Shown here: positions 46,842 through 57,616 of the stretch, one piece after another | Layout: each line of letters begins with the position of its first letter | Position numbering within the stretch: position 1 is the stretch's first letter | From: an uncultured Acidimicrobiia bacterium | Lineage (GTDB): Bacteria; Actinomycetota; Acidimicrobiia; IMCC26256; PALSA-555 | Assembly (NCBI GenBank): GCA_963809885.1 | Contig: CAWELA010000004.1 | Coordinates: 61,019-125,018 of the forward strand | DNA length: 64,000 bases | Reading direction: 5' to 3' | The notes under the pieces: generated by a model | What the model saw: the letters and a program-made list of their open reading frames with translations, nothing else | Told to the model about the DNA's origin: nothing | Databases searched by the model: none | Translations under genes and position numbers: made by a program

Positions 46842-48892
46842 GTGCCCGCTCGCGCACCGCTCGACCGCATGTTCAGCCCACGGTCCATCGCGGTCGTCGG
46901 GGCTTCCGACGACGAGGCGAAGGTCGGGAGCGCGCTCATGAGATCGCTCGCCGGGTTCTCCGGTTCGATCCATCCGGTCAATCGTCGGTCCCCCAAGATC
47001 ATGGACCGAGTGGCGTCGCCCACGGTTTCGGCGGTCCCGGAGGTGATCGATCTCGCGCTTCTCGCCGTCCCTCCCGAGGCGGTGCCTGACGTGCTCGACG
47101 ATTGTGGTGCTGCCGCGGTTCCTGCCGCAGTCGTCTATGCGGGTGGATTCGCTGAGACCGGCGATGTCGCGAGGTGCGACCTCCAGGCGCGCACGCTCGA
47201 GGTCGCACGCGCGCACGGCATCCGCGTGCTGGGGCCCAACACCTCCGGGTTCATCAACTGCGTCGACGCGGTCAACGCGACGTTTCTCCCCGAGGTCGGC
47301 GCGCTCACTCCGGGACGACTGTCGATCGTCGCGCAGAGCGGCGGAGTGAACTTCGTCCTGTCGTACCTGGCGGCGAACGAGGCTCTCGGGTTGCGGTTGG
47401 GAGTCGGCCTCGGCAACGCGATCGACGTGGGCTTCACCGACATCCTCGAGTACCTGGCGCTCGACGAGCACACCGGCGTCATCGCGGTCCACATCGAGGG
47501 CTGCACCGACGGACGAGCCGTCATCGACGCGGTGCGCCGGGCCGCAGCCCTGAAGCCGGTCGTCGCGATGACGATCGGACGCGCCGACGTCGGCAAGTTC
47601 GGGGCCTCGCACACGGGTGCGATGATCGGCAGCCACGCCTTGACGTGTGCGGCGCTGGTGCAGGCGGGCGCGGTGGTGGTCGAGGGGCCGTCCGAGCTCA
47701 TCGATGCGGCCCGTGCCCTCGCCGCCGTGCCGACCTTGTCGTCGGCACACCCCGGTGTCGGGCTGGTGACCGGGCAGGCAGGCCCGGGTCTGATCGTGGC
47801 CGACATGCTGCGGCACCGGGGCGTGTCGCTGCCGCAGCTCACCACGACCACCCGGGAGCGTCTTGGGCAGCTGCTCGAGCCGATCACGTTCCAGGAGAAC
47901 CCCGTCGATACGGCGCGGCCGGGCCAGTCGTTCTCGGATGTTCTGGCGGCGGTGGGATCCGACCCGGCCATCGACGTGGTCGCGTGCTTCGCACTCGAGG
48001 AGCCGCATGCGGTCGACCCGGTCGCGGCCGTACGAGACCTGGCGTCGTCCGGGATCCCTGTGCTCGTGGGAGCGACCGGACCGGCCGATGTGGGAGCCGT
48101 GCGCCGACAACAGCTCAGCGATCTGGGTGTCGCGCTCTTCGACGCGCCCGATCGCCTGGCGCACGGTGTCCGCGCCGTCGTGGACAGAGCGCGTGCGTGG
48201 CACCGATGTGCGAGTGCGCTCGAGTGGGATCCTCCGAGTCAGGAGATGCCGATCGTGGCGCCACTCGACGAGGACGGCGCGAAGCGCCTCCTCGCGTCGC
48301 TGGGTGTGCGGACGCCCCGGCGCCGCGTGTGCGCCGGGCGCGAGGAGTGTCTTGGCTGCGATGGCGGATCTGGGTGCCCCGATCGTGGCGAAGGTGCTCG
48401 ATCCTGCGATCACCCACAAGACCGACGTCGGAGGCGTGCAGGTCGGGTTGTTCGACGCGGGGATGCTCGTCGCCGCGCTCGACGGGTTCGTCACGGCAGG
48501 GCTCGACACCGGATCACGTGCTGATCGAGGAGCAGGTCGGTCCGGGTCCCGAGCTCATCGTGGGCGCGATCCGCGACCCGGTCTTCGGTCCGACGGTGAT
48601 GCTCGGACTGGGTGGCACGCTGGCCGAGCTCGCACCACCGGTCGCGATGCGCCTCGCGCCGCTGAGCATCGAGGACCTGGCTGAGATGGTCCGGGCACTT
48701 CCGGATCAGGTTCGGCAGGGTCGTCACGGTCCACCGTTGGACGATGCTTCCCTGGTGCACGTGATCGCGGCAGTGGGCGCCCTGGTCGTGGAGCACGACA
48801 CGATCGAGAGCGTGGAGATCAACCCGTTGCGCGTGACCGCCGACGGGCTGGTCGCCCTCGACGCGGTGGTCAGTGTCCGCGGCCTTCCCTGA
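46842..48892 (+). pseudogene. ADP-forming acyl-CoA synthetase (ACD/NDP-forming, CoA-binding + succinyl-CoA-synthetase-like + ATP-grasp domains), two frame breaks as assembled
   Basis: ORF 46842..48524 reads ...PRSIAVVGASDDEAKVGSAL...VLGPNTSGFIN...IVAQSGGV...FGASHTGAM.... It continues in ORF 47863..48684 (VLAAMADLGAPIVAKVLDPAITHKTDVGGVQVGL...) and then in ORF 47174..48892 (...HVLIEEQVGPGPELIVGAIRDPVFGPTVMLGLGGTLAEL...EINPLRVTADGLVALDAVVSVRGLP*). Breaks lie at about 48347 and 48500. Confidence 0.8.
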
Positions 48893-48970
48893 TCGACGGC
48901 TCGCGGGGATGAGGAAACGGTGGCACAAGTGCCAGTGCCCTTTGGGTCTTGGAGCAGGAACCCGGGTCCG

Positions 48971-50139
48971 CTACCTGACGTACGCGGCGGCCTGTCGCTC
49001 GGCGATGCTCACGAGGTCGCCCAGTGCCAGGTTCACGTCCGAGAGGTGCAGACCCCATGCCTCGTTCGGCAGCGCCTGCACCGTCGGCTGGGCAACCGTC
49101 CCTTGCTCGGTCGCGACGTTCAGCCACTGCGCACCTTGCTGATCGTCGCACTCGGCTGAGTACAGACCGGGGAACGTCACCCAGGGCGTCTGCTGCGGGA
49201 ATGGTGGCCACCAGTCCAGGGCCGTCTCGGGCGGCGACGAGGCCGTCGGGAAGTAGCCCGTGAGTGCCTTGTGGTGCCCGCTGAGCGCAGCCGGGTCGAC
49301 GCAAGCAACGTCGAGCGACACGTTCGTCGGCATCGTGGCGATCGTCGGCGTGCCTTGTCCGACCCGTCCGAACTTGCTGTCGGGCGGTGGCACTCCTTCG
49401 TACGACGAATATGCGATCACGCACCTGGTCTCGTTGCGCTTCGCGGACGTCGGTACGTGCTCGAAGCTCCCGCCGGCGCGGCGGCCGGACTGCACCACGA
49501 CGTTCGCGCCGACGATGAATGCCGAGACCAAGCGGCGACGGAGCTGCCTGGTCGTGGTCGATCTCGTCCTGGATGAGCTTGGTGAGCAGCACCGCGCCTT
49601 GCGAATGGCCGATGAGCACGAATCCCCGGCCGTGGTTGTACTGCTCCAGGTAGTCGTGCCAGGCAGGGAGCAGGCCCTCGTAGGCGGTCATCACTTGCTG
49701 CTCCCGCTCCGGCGATGACGTCGTGCCGAGATCGCCGAGCGTCGCCTGGGGATACATCGGCGCGTACACCTTGCACACCTCGGAGAAGCGCGACGCCTGC
49801 GCGATCGCGGCGCCGATCTCCTGCGGATCGATCTCGAGATCGGCGTTCGGCGTCGGCTGTTCGCTGACCGTCGGGTACACGTAGAAGCAGTCGACCGGCG
49901 TCTTCTTCGCAGCCCCGGTTGACGAGACCTTCGTGGATCCGTCGGCCGACACGATGGTTGCTTCGCGCGGAGCGAGGCATGGATTGGGTTCCGCTCCGGG
50001 TCGGCACAGCCAGACCGTCTGGCCCGGGGACCCCGCCGCGCCATCGTCGACCGGTTGCGCCGTCGCGTTCGGTGCGACTCCGATCGACAGCGATCGCGAG
50101 GGACAGCGCTGTCACTGCCCGCAGGGTGAAACCCGACAT
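48971..50139 (-). pseudogene. secreted DUF3089-family lipase-like alpha/beta hydrolase, two frame breaks as assembled
   Basis: The protein is followed through successive frames: signal peptide MSGFTLRAVTALSLAIA | SIGVAPNATAQPVDDG...TPVDCFYVYPTVSEQ...CKVYAPMYPQATL...GFVLIGHSQGAVLLTKLIQDEIDHDQ | LRRRLVSAFIVGANVVV...WGLHLSDVNLALGDLVSIAERQAAAYVR*. Breaks lie at about 50088 and 49547. Confidence 0.65.
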
Positions 50140-50196
50140 CGCTGTGCATCCTATGGGTCGGCCCGCGTCGTCCGGCGCGGCCTGGGACGACGCGCG

Positions 50197-51627
50197 TCAG
50201 AACGTCGCGATGCGGTAGACGAGCCGCAGCTCCTCGTCGTAGATCCAGATCGCGTCGAAGCCCGGTGGGGCCGCCTTGACGGTTCCGGTGTCGACCTCGA
50301 TGACCGAGGCGGCGTCGGTCAAGGTGCGATCCAACCCGACGATCTTCCCGGTGGGACCGTCATCTCCCCAGATGCCGGGGGGCGCCGCGGCCAGGAGGCC
50401 CGGGTGGGTGCCGTCGCGGGCCAGGACGACGGCGAGCGTGCTCGGATCGAGCTGCACGATCCGGGAGCTGTCGGGGTCCTGGTTGGCGGCGACGACCTGC
50501 GTCTCGTCGGCCACGACCGTGTCGAGGCTCGTGAACCCGTCCGCCGTCGCGGCTACGGACATGGTCGCGGGATCGACGCGAACGACCGCGCCGTCGTTCT
50601 TGAAGTTCTCGGTCTCGCCGAAGGTGGCGGCGTACACGCCCGCCGGGCCGGCGGCGAGCTCGGTCGGAGTTCGTTCGAGCGGGATGCGTCCGGCGACCTT
50701 GCCTGCGGTCGGATCGAACCGGACGATCTCGCGGTCCTGCGATGCGGAGAGCCACAGCGCGCCGTCGGCCCCGACGGCGGACGGCCAGAGCGGCGCATGG
50801 TCCCTGACGAGCTGGCCACCGTCGGTGCCACGCGCGATGTTGACCGGAGCCCCGGCGCGGAGCGTGCCGGCGTCGATGGGCACGACGTTGCCGCCGTTCG
50901 CGTCGATCCCGAAGAGCTCGTCGCCGACGGTGGCGAGAGCCCAGAGATCGTGATCGACGGTGCGTCGCTTCTCGATCCTGTTGTTCGTCGGGTCGATGCG
51001 CACGAGCACGGTCGTGAGGCGATCGAGGTCGAACTCGCTCTTGCGGATCGCGACGAAGACGTGCGACGACGACGTGGCGGTGGCACCCTGGTAGTGCGGA
51101 TCGGACTCCTTGACCACCGGGATCGCGGCGGTGACCAGCGCGACTCCGGGATCGACGGGACCGGCGGCGACGTCGAGCGGGATCGGGCCGCGCGAGCACT
51201 CGTCGATGACCTCGTCCCGGTCGTCGGTCTCGGTGAGGTCGTAGTTGATCTTCGCGGTCGCGCCCGCGTCGGTGAACGCGCCGCGCAGCCGGACGGTGCC
51301 CCGCGTCTGGATGCCCTCCGCCGGGCCGACCAGCGTCGCGTCGATGTCGTAGGTGCCGTCCCGGGCGACGCGACCGCTCACGGCTTCCTCGAGGCCCGCC
51401 GCGAGCCGTCTGCGGCCGCACGCCACGGCCACCGTCCCCCGCAGCTGGATCCCGCCCTTGGCGTCTGGTGCCAGCGCCGTGAGCTTCACGGTGACGAGCT
51501 CAGCCGTGGCGCGGAAGGTGCTGCCCGCTGCTGGCGGTGCGCCGGTCTCGCCCGCACTCGCGACTCCCGGCGTGCCGAGCGTGAGCGCGCAGCAGGTCAA
51601 ACCGACGAACCCCCGGCCCCAGCCCAT
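50197..51627 (-). CDS. secreted hypothetical protein with beta-propeller-like repeats
   Basis: ATG 51627 lies inside ORF 50197..52362, and the signal peptide is MGWGRGFVGLTCCALTLGTPGVASA. The N-domain has a duplicated I-Q-x-RGTV motif. Blade-like repeats of the form V-x-(I/F/V)-DP-x-T then follow (LVRIDPTNNRI, IVRFDPTAGKV, VVRVDPATMSV, IVQLDPSTLAV). 476 aa, intact. Confidence 0.5.
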   Translation of the reverse strand: MGWGRGFVGLTCCALTLGTPGVASAGETGAPPAAGSTFRATAELVTVKLTALAPDAKGGIQLRGTVAVACGRRRLAAGLEEAVSGRVARDGTYDIDATLVGPAEGIQTRGTVRLRGAFTDAGATAKINYDLTETDDRDEVIDECSRGPIPLDVAAGPVDPGVALVTAAIPVVKESDPHYQGATATSSSHVFVAIRKSEFDLDRLTTVLVRIDPTNNRIEKRRTVDHDLWALATVGDELFGIDANGGNVVPIDAGTLRAGAPVNIARGTDGGQLVRDHAPLWPSAVGADGALWLSASQDREIVRFDPTAGKVAGRIPLERTPTELAAGPAGVYAATFGETENFKNDGAVVRVDPATMSVAATADGFTSLDTVVADETQVVAANQDPDSSRIVQLDPSTLAVVLARDGTHPGLLAAAPPGIWGDDGPTGKIVGLDRTLTDAASVIEVDTGTVKAAPPGFDAIWIYDEELRLVYRIATF

Positions 51628-51656
51628 CGGGCGGATCGTACCGGACCGTGTCGTCG

Positions 51657-52427
51657 CTATGTCTTCGTGAAGAAGAGCTGCATCTCCATCTGGCCCCGGT
51701 CCTCGACCGACAGCACCCGCGCAGCTTGCGGCTTGTCGATGTCGTAGTCGGCGAAGGGGATGTCGAACAGCCCGGTCACGATGATCGTGTCGTTCACGAG
51801 CTTCGCGTCGAGCGGGATGGTGACGTCGTTCGTGACGCCGTGGAGCGTGAGCTCGCCGGTGGCGTCCACGCTCACGGTCGTGCCCTCCTTCGGGATCGTC
51901 CCGAAGTCGATGGGCTCGGTGAGCTCGAACGTCGCGGTGGGGAATCGGTTGGTCTCGAGGGCCTGGTTGCGGATCGCACCGTCCCGGAACGACTCGTCGC
52001 TCTCGAGCGTCGTGGCGTCGACCTCGATGTCGACCGAGGTCGCGGTCGTTCCGTCGATCACGATCGTTCCGGTCACGCTGGGGGTCCGGCCGACTGCAGT
52101 CTTCGCGCCGATCCCGGCCAGCTCCTCCTTGACGCGGTAGCCGACGAACGAGCTCGAGAAGTCGTCGAACGACCCGATGCTCGCGTCCACCTTCCAGCTG
52201 CCGTCGAGGGGCGCCGAACCCGAGGCGGGCCGGGACTCGACCGACTCGGACGCCCGTTCGATGTTCACCGCGTCGGGCGCGTCGTCGCGGAACACGAAGT
52301 ACCAGATCGCGACGCCGGCGACGACGAAGAGCGTGGCGACGACGCCGCCGATGATCCACCACCTCTTACGGCTGCGCTTCGCGCCAGGCGCGGGTGCCGG
52401 GCTCGGCGTCGTGCGGGCGTCGGTCAC
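51657..52427 (-). CDS. YceI-family (lipid/polyisoprenoid-binding-like) protein with N-terminal membrane anchor
   Basis: GTG 52427, preceded by AGGAG, lies inside ORF 51657..52598. The TM helix is WWIIGGVVATLFVVAGVAIWYFVF. The YceI-like domain reads ...GSWKVDAS...VGYRVKEELAGIG...VTGTIVIDG...LTLHGVTNDVTIPL.... Confidence 0.75.
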   Translation of the reverse strand: MTDARTTPSPAPAPGAKRSRKRWWIIGGVVATLFVVAGVAIWYFVFRDDAPDAVNIERASESVESRPASGSAPLDGSWKVDASIGSFDDFSSSFVGYRVKEELAGIGAKTAVGRTPSVTGTIVIDGTTATSVDIEVDATTLESDESFRDGAIRNQALETNRFPTATFELTEPIDFGTIPKEGTTVSVDATGELTLHGVTNDVTIPLDAKLVNDTIIVTGLFDIPFADYDIDKPQAARVLSVEDRGQMEMQLFFTKT

Positions 52428-52522
52428 AGCGAGGGCTCCTGTGGGGTCGCAGACGATCCTCGCGCGGAACCATGGGTGTTCTCTGTGCGCCCCGGCGACG
52501 GAGTGTCGCGAAGCCGGAAGGT

Positions 52523-53578
52523 TCAGCCGCCGGCGAAGCCTGCTGCCGTGACGAGCGGCAGATCGCGGTGCGTCACGACGCCGGGCGGCGCGGCGCATAC
52601 GGCGGGAATCGCGTTGACGGCGGGCATCGCCGTCATGATCATGCCGAGTCCCATGAAGTCGTTCTCGGACCAGTCCTTCGGCGGCAGGATCTGCAGCTGG
52701 CTGCGGACGCGGGGCTCGCCGTCGATGTCGACGAAGTACCCGTGGCGGAGGTGCCAGTCGGGCTCCATGTGCTCACCCATCTTCCATTGCACCCGGCACT
52801 CGACGAGGCGCCGTTCCTCGACAGTGCCGAACCAGCAGGCCGATATTCCCGCCACGGTGCCCTCGGGGATCTCAATGAACCCGAGGTCCATCGTCTGCGT
52901 CGCGCGTGCGTACTCGACCTCGAACGCGATCGACTCGAGCTCGACACCCAGCGCGTCGCCCATCATCGCGACGGCGTCGCCGAAGACCGCGCTCCCGGCC
53001 TCGGTCATCGTCGCGGTCGCGGGCGCGTCGGGGTCGTGCGCGAAGCCGACCGAGAGCTGCGTGTCGGCCGACGCGTACCCGGTCGCGTCGGCCGACTCGA
53101 GCACCGTGATGCGCTCGACTCGGTCACAGATCCCTGCCGACACCAATGCGAAGAGGTTCGCGAAGCCGGGGTTGATACCGGTCCCGAAGACGGTCGACGA
53201 GCCGGTGCGGGCCGCAGCCTCGAGGCGGGCGAGGGCGTCGGCGCCGAGGGCGCGGCCGGTGACGAACCCCGCGGTCGAGCAGATGTTGGAGCCGGACCCG
53301 AGGATGCGGCACATCTCGTCGACGTCGGGCCAGATCGGGTTGTAGCTGACGCAGTCGGGAGCGAGCCCGAGCAGCGCGTCGACGTCGTTGGTCGCCGTGA
53401 CGCCGGTCGGCTCGACGGCGGCCAGTTCACCCAGGTCGCGGCCGACCTTGGCCTCACTCCACGCGAAGCAGCCGATGACGTCGAGGTGCGGGTTGCGGAG
53501 CATCGCCCGGAGCGCCCGTCTCCCGACGTTCCCCGTCGTCCACTGGACCACCCGGAGCGGTTCGACCTCGGACGGCAC
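52523..53578 (-). CDS. NAD(P)-binding dihydrodipicolinate-reductase-N-domain-like oxidoreductase (amine-dehydrogenase-like family)
   Basis: GTG 53578 lies inside ORF 52523..53818: VPSEVEPLRVVQWTTGNVGRRALRAMLRNPHLDVIGCFAWSEAKVGRDLGEL.... 351 aa. Confidence 0.55.
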   Translation of the reverse strand: MPSEVEPLRVVQWTTGNVGRRALRAMLRNPHLDVIGCFAWSEAKVGRDLGELAAVEPTGVTATNDVDALLGLAPDCVSYNPIWPDVDEMCRILGSGSNICSTAGFVTGRALGADALARLEAAARTGSSTVFGTGINPGFANLFALVSAGICDRVERITVLESADATGYASADTQLSVGFAHDPDAPATATMTEAGSAVFGDAVAMMGDALGVELESIAFEVEYARATQTMDLGFIEIPEGTVAGISACWFGTVEERRLVECRVQWKMGEHMEPDWHLRHGYFVDIDGEPRVRSQLQILPPKDWSENDFMGLGMIMTAMPAVNAIPAVCAAPPGVVTHRDLPLVTAAGFAGG

Positions 53579-53642
53579 GGCGCCTCCCCCTCGATGCAGA
53601 GGAGGACGGTACCGTCTGCGCGCACCCCGACATGGAGGCCGG

Positions 53643-54464
53643 ATGGACGTCGTGACCCTGGGCACCGGTTCGCCGATCCCGGACCCGAACCGCGCCGGAG
53701 CCGCGACCCTCGTCCGCGCCGGCGGCACCACGCTGCTCTTCGACTGTGGTCGGGGCACGGTCATCCGCCTCGCTGCGGCCGGTGTGTTCCCGCCCATGCT
53801 CGACCACCTCTTCCTCACTCACCTGCACAGCGACCACATCACCGACTTCAACGACGTCCTCACGACGCGCTGGGTCATGTCGCCGGTCGAGAACTCCCTG
53901 CCAGTCACCGGTCCGCCGGGCACCGAGCGCTTCGTGGCGCGCACCCTCGCGATGCTCGAGGACGACATCGGCTATCGGCTCGATCACCACGCCGATCTCA
54001 ACTGGAACCCATCGTGCACGACCACGGAGGTGGCCGACGGGCTCGCGTGGGAGACCGACGCCGTGCGCGTGACCGCGGCACCGACGGATCACCGGCCCGT
54101 CCATCCGACCGTCGGCTACCGGGTCGAGGCCGAGGGGAAGGTCGCCGCGATCGCGGGGGACACCGTGCCCTGCGCCGGGCTCGACGTGCTCTGCGCCGGC
54201 GCCGACGTGTACGTGCAGACCGTGCTCCGACCCGACCTGGTGCGGCACGTGCCGAGTCCGCGGTTCCAGGACATCCTCGACTACCACTCGTCGTGCGAGG
54301 ATGCCGGCAAGACAGCGGCGCGCGCGGGGGTGCGCACCCTGGTGCTCACCCACCAGGTCCCACCGCCCGCGCCAGGCAGCGACGACGAGTGGATCGCGCA
54401 GGCCGCCGAGCACTTCGACGGCGAGATCGTGTTCGCCCACGACCTGCGCTCGGTCACGTCGTAG
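53643..54464 (+). CDS. MBL-fold metallo-hydrolase (RNase Z/ElaC-like)
   Basis: ATG 53643 lies inside ORF 53388..54464: MDVVTLGTGSPIPDPNRAGAATLV...LFLTHLHSDHITDF (HxHxDH)...VLVLTHQVPPP.... Confidence 0.8.
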   Translation: MDVVTLGTGSPIPDPNRAGAATLVRAGGTTLLFDCGRGTVIRLAAAGVFPPMLDHLFLTHLHSDHITDFNDVLTTRWVMSPVENSLPVTGPPGTERFVARTLAMLEDDIGYRLDHHADLNWNPSCTTTEVADGLAWETDAVRVTAAPTDHRPVHPTVGYRVEAEGKVAAIAGDTVPCAGLDVLCAGADVYVQTVLRPDLVRHVPSPRFQDILDYHSSCEDAGKTAARAGVRTLVLTHQVPPPAPGSDDEWIAQAAEHFDGEIVFAHDLRSVTS

Positions 54465-55155
54465 CGGAGCCACTCCCCGCCGGCGCCTGCACCTCGAGCA
54501 GCTTCCGTTCGGGGAGCAGCAGGACGGCGGCGATCAGGAAGCCGAGCGCGCCGACGAACGTCCCGAGGTTCATCAACGTGACGCTGCGCACCTGATCGGA
54601 CTCGGGCACGACCTTCGACGCCACCGCAGAAACCCCGAACGCGATCGACCCGACCAGGTTGAGGCCTGCGATCCGCCAGGCCAACGCCCGGGGCTGCCAC
54701 GTCCACCACCGGCGGGCGACGCAGTACCAGGCGATCGAGCTCGCAACGAGGAAGCAGATCGACCCGTACACGTCGGGCCGCCACACCAGGTCGTTGACCG
54801 CGTCGGCGGACAGGCTCTGCTCCAGCGCGTGGAACGTGCTCGCGTTGAAGAACAGCGTGCCGGCGAGCTGCACGGTCGCGGCGACCCACTCCGGACGGCG
54901 CGGATGCCACGAGACCGCGCGGCCGTCACCGCTCTCCCGGTACTGCAGGTAGCCGGCGGTGGTGAAGAAGAGGGAACCGACGAAGAAGGTGACGCCATCG
55001 GCGTGGTCGCCGACCGCTTCGACGTAGCCCGGAAGGGCGCCGATCGCGAAGCAGGTCGCACCGATCGCGAACAGGACCCCCATCCACCAGTCGAGCGCGC
55101 GCGGCGCCCACCAGGTGGAGTCGCTCGAGTGCCGCCAGTGCGGGTGCGGGCTCAC
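54454..55155 (-). CDS. hypothetical integral membrane protein (about 6 TM segments)
   Basis: ORF-track 233 aa. It has alternating hydrophobic helices (WWMGVLFAIGATCFAIGAL, VTFFVGSLFFTTAGYL, WVAATVQLAGTLFF, YGSICFLVASSIAWYCV, IAGLNLVGSIAFGVSAV, LGTFVGALGFLIAAVLLL). It is the last gene of the sigma-factor operon. Confidence 0.5.
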   Translation of the reverse strand: MSPHPHWRHSSDSTWWAPRALDWWMGVLFAIGATCFAIGALPGYVEAVGDHADGVTFFVGSLFFTTAGYLQYRESGDGRAVSWHPRRPEWVAATVQLAGTLFFNASTFHALEQSLSADAVNDLVWRPDVYGSICFLVASSIAWYCVARRWWTWQPRALAWRIAGLNLVGSIAFGVSAVASKVVPESDQVRSVTLMNLGTFVGALGFLIAAVLLLPERKLLEVQAPAGSGSATT

Positions 55156-55176
55156 CGGGTGCTCGTCACGAACGCG

Positions 55177-57616
55177 CTAGAGGTAGCCGTCGTCGAGCAG
55201 GTTCTTCGTCGCCCACCACCCGGGGACCGCCGGGATGAAGTTCGCGACGAGCTGGTCCGTCAGGACGGCCGCGACGGCGACGTCGGTCGGGACGCCGGCG
55301 GCGGTCAGCGCACCCGAGAGACCGACGGCCGACACCGCGGTGTTGCCGCCGGGGATCGGCACGAGCGACGCGATCGTCGACACGAAGATGTTGATCGCGA
55401 GCAGCGTCCAGAAGTTGATGGACCCCCCGAAGGCTTCGATGCACGCGAGGAGCACGAACGCGTACATCGAGCGCGTTGATCGCGTTGCCGATCAGGAGCA
55501 GGAACAGCTGGCGCGGGGATCGGATCGCGGTCCAGATCGTCGTCCACGCGCTCTTCAACGGGCCGACGACCATGGTGCGGATCTTCGGCACCAGCAGGAT
55601 CACCGCGACCACGAGGACGATCACGAGCGTGGCGATGAGGACGATCGACTCGATGCTGCTCACCGGGATCTTGCCGGTCTTGATCGAGGTGGGCGACAGC
55701 GCGATCGCAATGATGAACATCACGATCTGCACGAAGATGTTGCCGGCGTTCATGAGGATGCCACCGGACGCGACCGCGGACGCGAGGTCGGCACCCTGCT
55801 TCTGCAGGTAGCGGATCTGGGCCGCGAGCCCACCGATCGCCGGAACCGCGAGGTTCGAGAACGACATGGAGAGCTGCAGCTCCGACGTCCGCCAGAGGGG
55901 GAGGCGCACCGGCACCGTCCCCATGAGCGCGATGGCCGTGGCGATGTTCGTGGCGAACGACACCAGCATGGCGACGATCAGCCAACCGAGGTCCGCGCTC
56001 GTGACGGTGTCCCACAGCTCCTGCGGATCCCCGACCTGGCTGAGCAGCGCACTGATGGCGATCAGGGTGCCGACCGCCATCATCAGGTTCGTGCCGCTGA
56101 CCCGGTACAGCTGCTGGAGCTGCGGGGTCTCGGTGCCGGTCGCCGCCGCCGTCGCGTCGCGGAGGTCCGCGAGCGCCTGGTTCGCTTCCTTGCGGTCGTG
56201 GCGCTTCGCCGCGTGGAGGTCGGAGCTCAGTGCTGCCGGCTGCAGGTAGCCGATCGCGTGGACGACCGCGTCCGTGCCGACGCCCGCGATCGCCGCCTTG
56301 ATGGCCCTGTCGGCACCCACGATGGTCGCCGTGCTCGCGAGCAGCTCGGCGACGTCGTTGCTCAATCGACCGGCCGGTGCCGCGCCCGCGGCAGTGTCGA
56401 AGTCGACGATCGCCGGTCCCTTGCTCGTCAGCAGGATGTGATGCGCGTTGAGCCGACCGTGCACGACGTGGGCCGTCTGCATCGCCTTGACCTGGGTCCA
56501 GAGCTGCTTGAGCAGCGTGGCGGTGACTGCCTTCGGTTCGGCGTCGGCGAGCAGGACACCGTCGAGAGGTCGTTCGACGAGGAGCGCGGCGCCCGGGCCC
56601 GCGGTGCCCGCGACGACGACGTCGGGCACGCGCACACCGGCGCGCTCCGCGAGCAGCGTCGTGTAGGCCTGATGCTCGACATCCTCGAGCCGCGTGAGGT
56701 GCAGCGCTTCTCCCGCGTCCTTGTACGCGACGTACCGCCAGGTCTTCGCCATCAGCTGCGTGTCGGCCTCGTCACGACCCAGGACGGAGACCTTGAGCGG
56801 CCCCTTGGCGTCCGCCGCGGTCATGAGCGTGCCGAACGCGGGCTGGGGGTCGGCGAGCTGCACGTCGGTCGCGTCTACCCCGAGCTCGTGGAGCGAGGCG
56901 GCGACCTGGTTGCGCGTCGGACGCCCGCCGGGCGAGCCGAACGCCAGGTGCACGGCCGCGGCGATACCCCAGCCGAGGAAGAGCGCCGCGAGGATGCCGT
57001 CGGGGAAGCCGGTCCCGAGGTACATCGCGGAGAGTGCGAGCGTGAGGAGCAGGAGGCGGCCGAGGCGGCGCATCGGGCGCGCGAGGTACGGCGACGCGGT
57101 GGAGATGACCGCCGCGATGACCGCGAGGCGCACGAGTGGGAAGCTCGCGGTGCTGTCGCCGAACCGGGTCACGACGTCGAGGCTCTTCGCGAGGCTTGCC
57201 TCGCCGACGACGAGCTCGCCGATGAGCCGACCGATGAACCACGAGAGCGCGCCGGCGATCGCGAGGTCGCGTGCGAGACGCCAACGGCGCGCCACCAGCG
57301 CAGCGATGACGATGACCGCGACGGCCCACAGTGCACCGAGCCGATAGAGCAGGGTGAAGAGCGAGTTCAGGTCGTTCGGCAGGGTGTTGAAGAAGGTGAA
57401 GAGATTCTGCTCGGCGGTGCTGAGGTCGCCTTCGTGGGCGATGAGCAGGGCGAGGGCGACGACCGCGATCGTGAGCCGGACCCAGTCGACCGTCCGTCGG
57501 CGGTAGGGCTCCTCGGACGCCGGGCCGAACGTGCCGTGGCGCCAGTGCTCGATGCGCCCGTGGAGGTCCGTGCGGCGGTGCTCGTGCTGCGTCGTCTCCT
57601 CGGTGCTCACCCGCAT
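55177..57616 (-). pseudogene. large multi-domain membrane protein: N-terminal TM region + kinase-like (probably inactive) domain + C-terminal LPG-synthase-TM/flippase-like domain; one frame break as assembled
   Basis: ATG 57616 (or GTG 57610) lies inside ORF 55166..57832. The central domain reads ...VLGRDEADTQLMAKTWRYVAYKD...HVVHGRLNAHHILL...IVDFDTAA. The C-terminal TM bundle reads ...LLLIGNAINAL and then continues in ORF 55177..55467 (MYAFVLLACIEAFGGSINFWTLLAINIFVSTIASLVPIPGGNTAVSAVGLSG...*). The break is at about 55470. Confidence 0.55.

Noticed and set aside
48921-48934. TGGCAC-aa-GTGCCA between the convergent ACD and DUF3089 genes (sigma-54-like TGGCAC, or a terminator hairpin)
   Set aside because: No TTGC element sits at the sigma-54 spacing, and Actinobacteria generally lack sigma-54. 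As a hairpin, the 2-nt loop is too tight and no T-tract follows.
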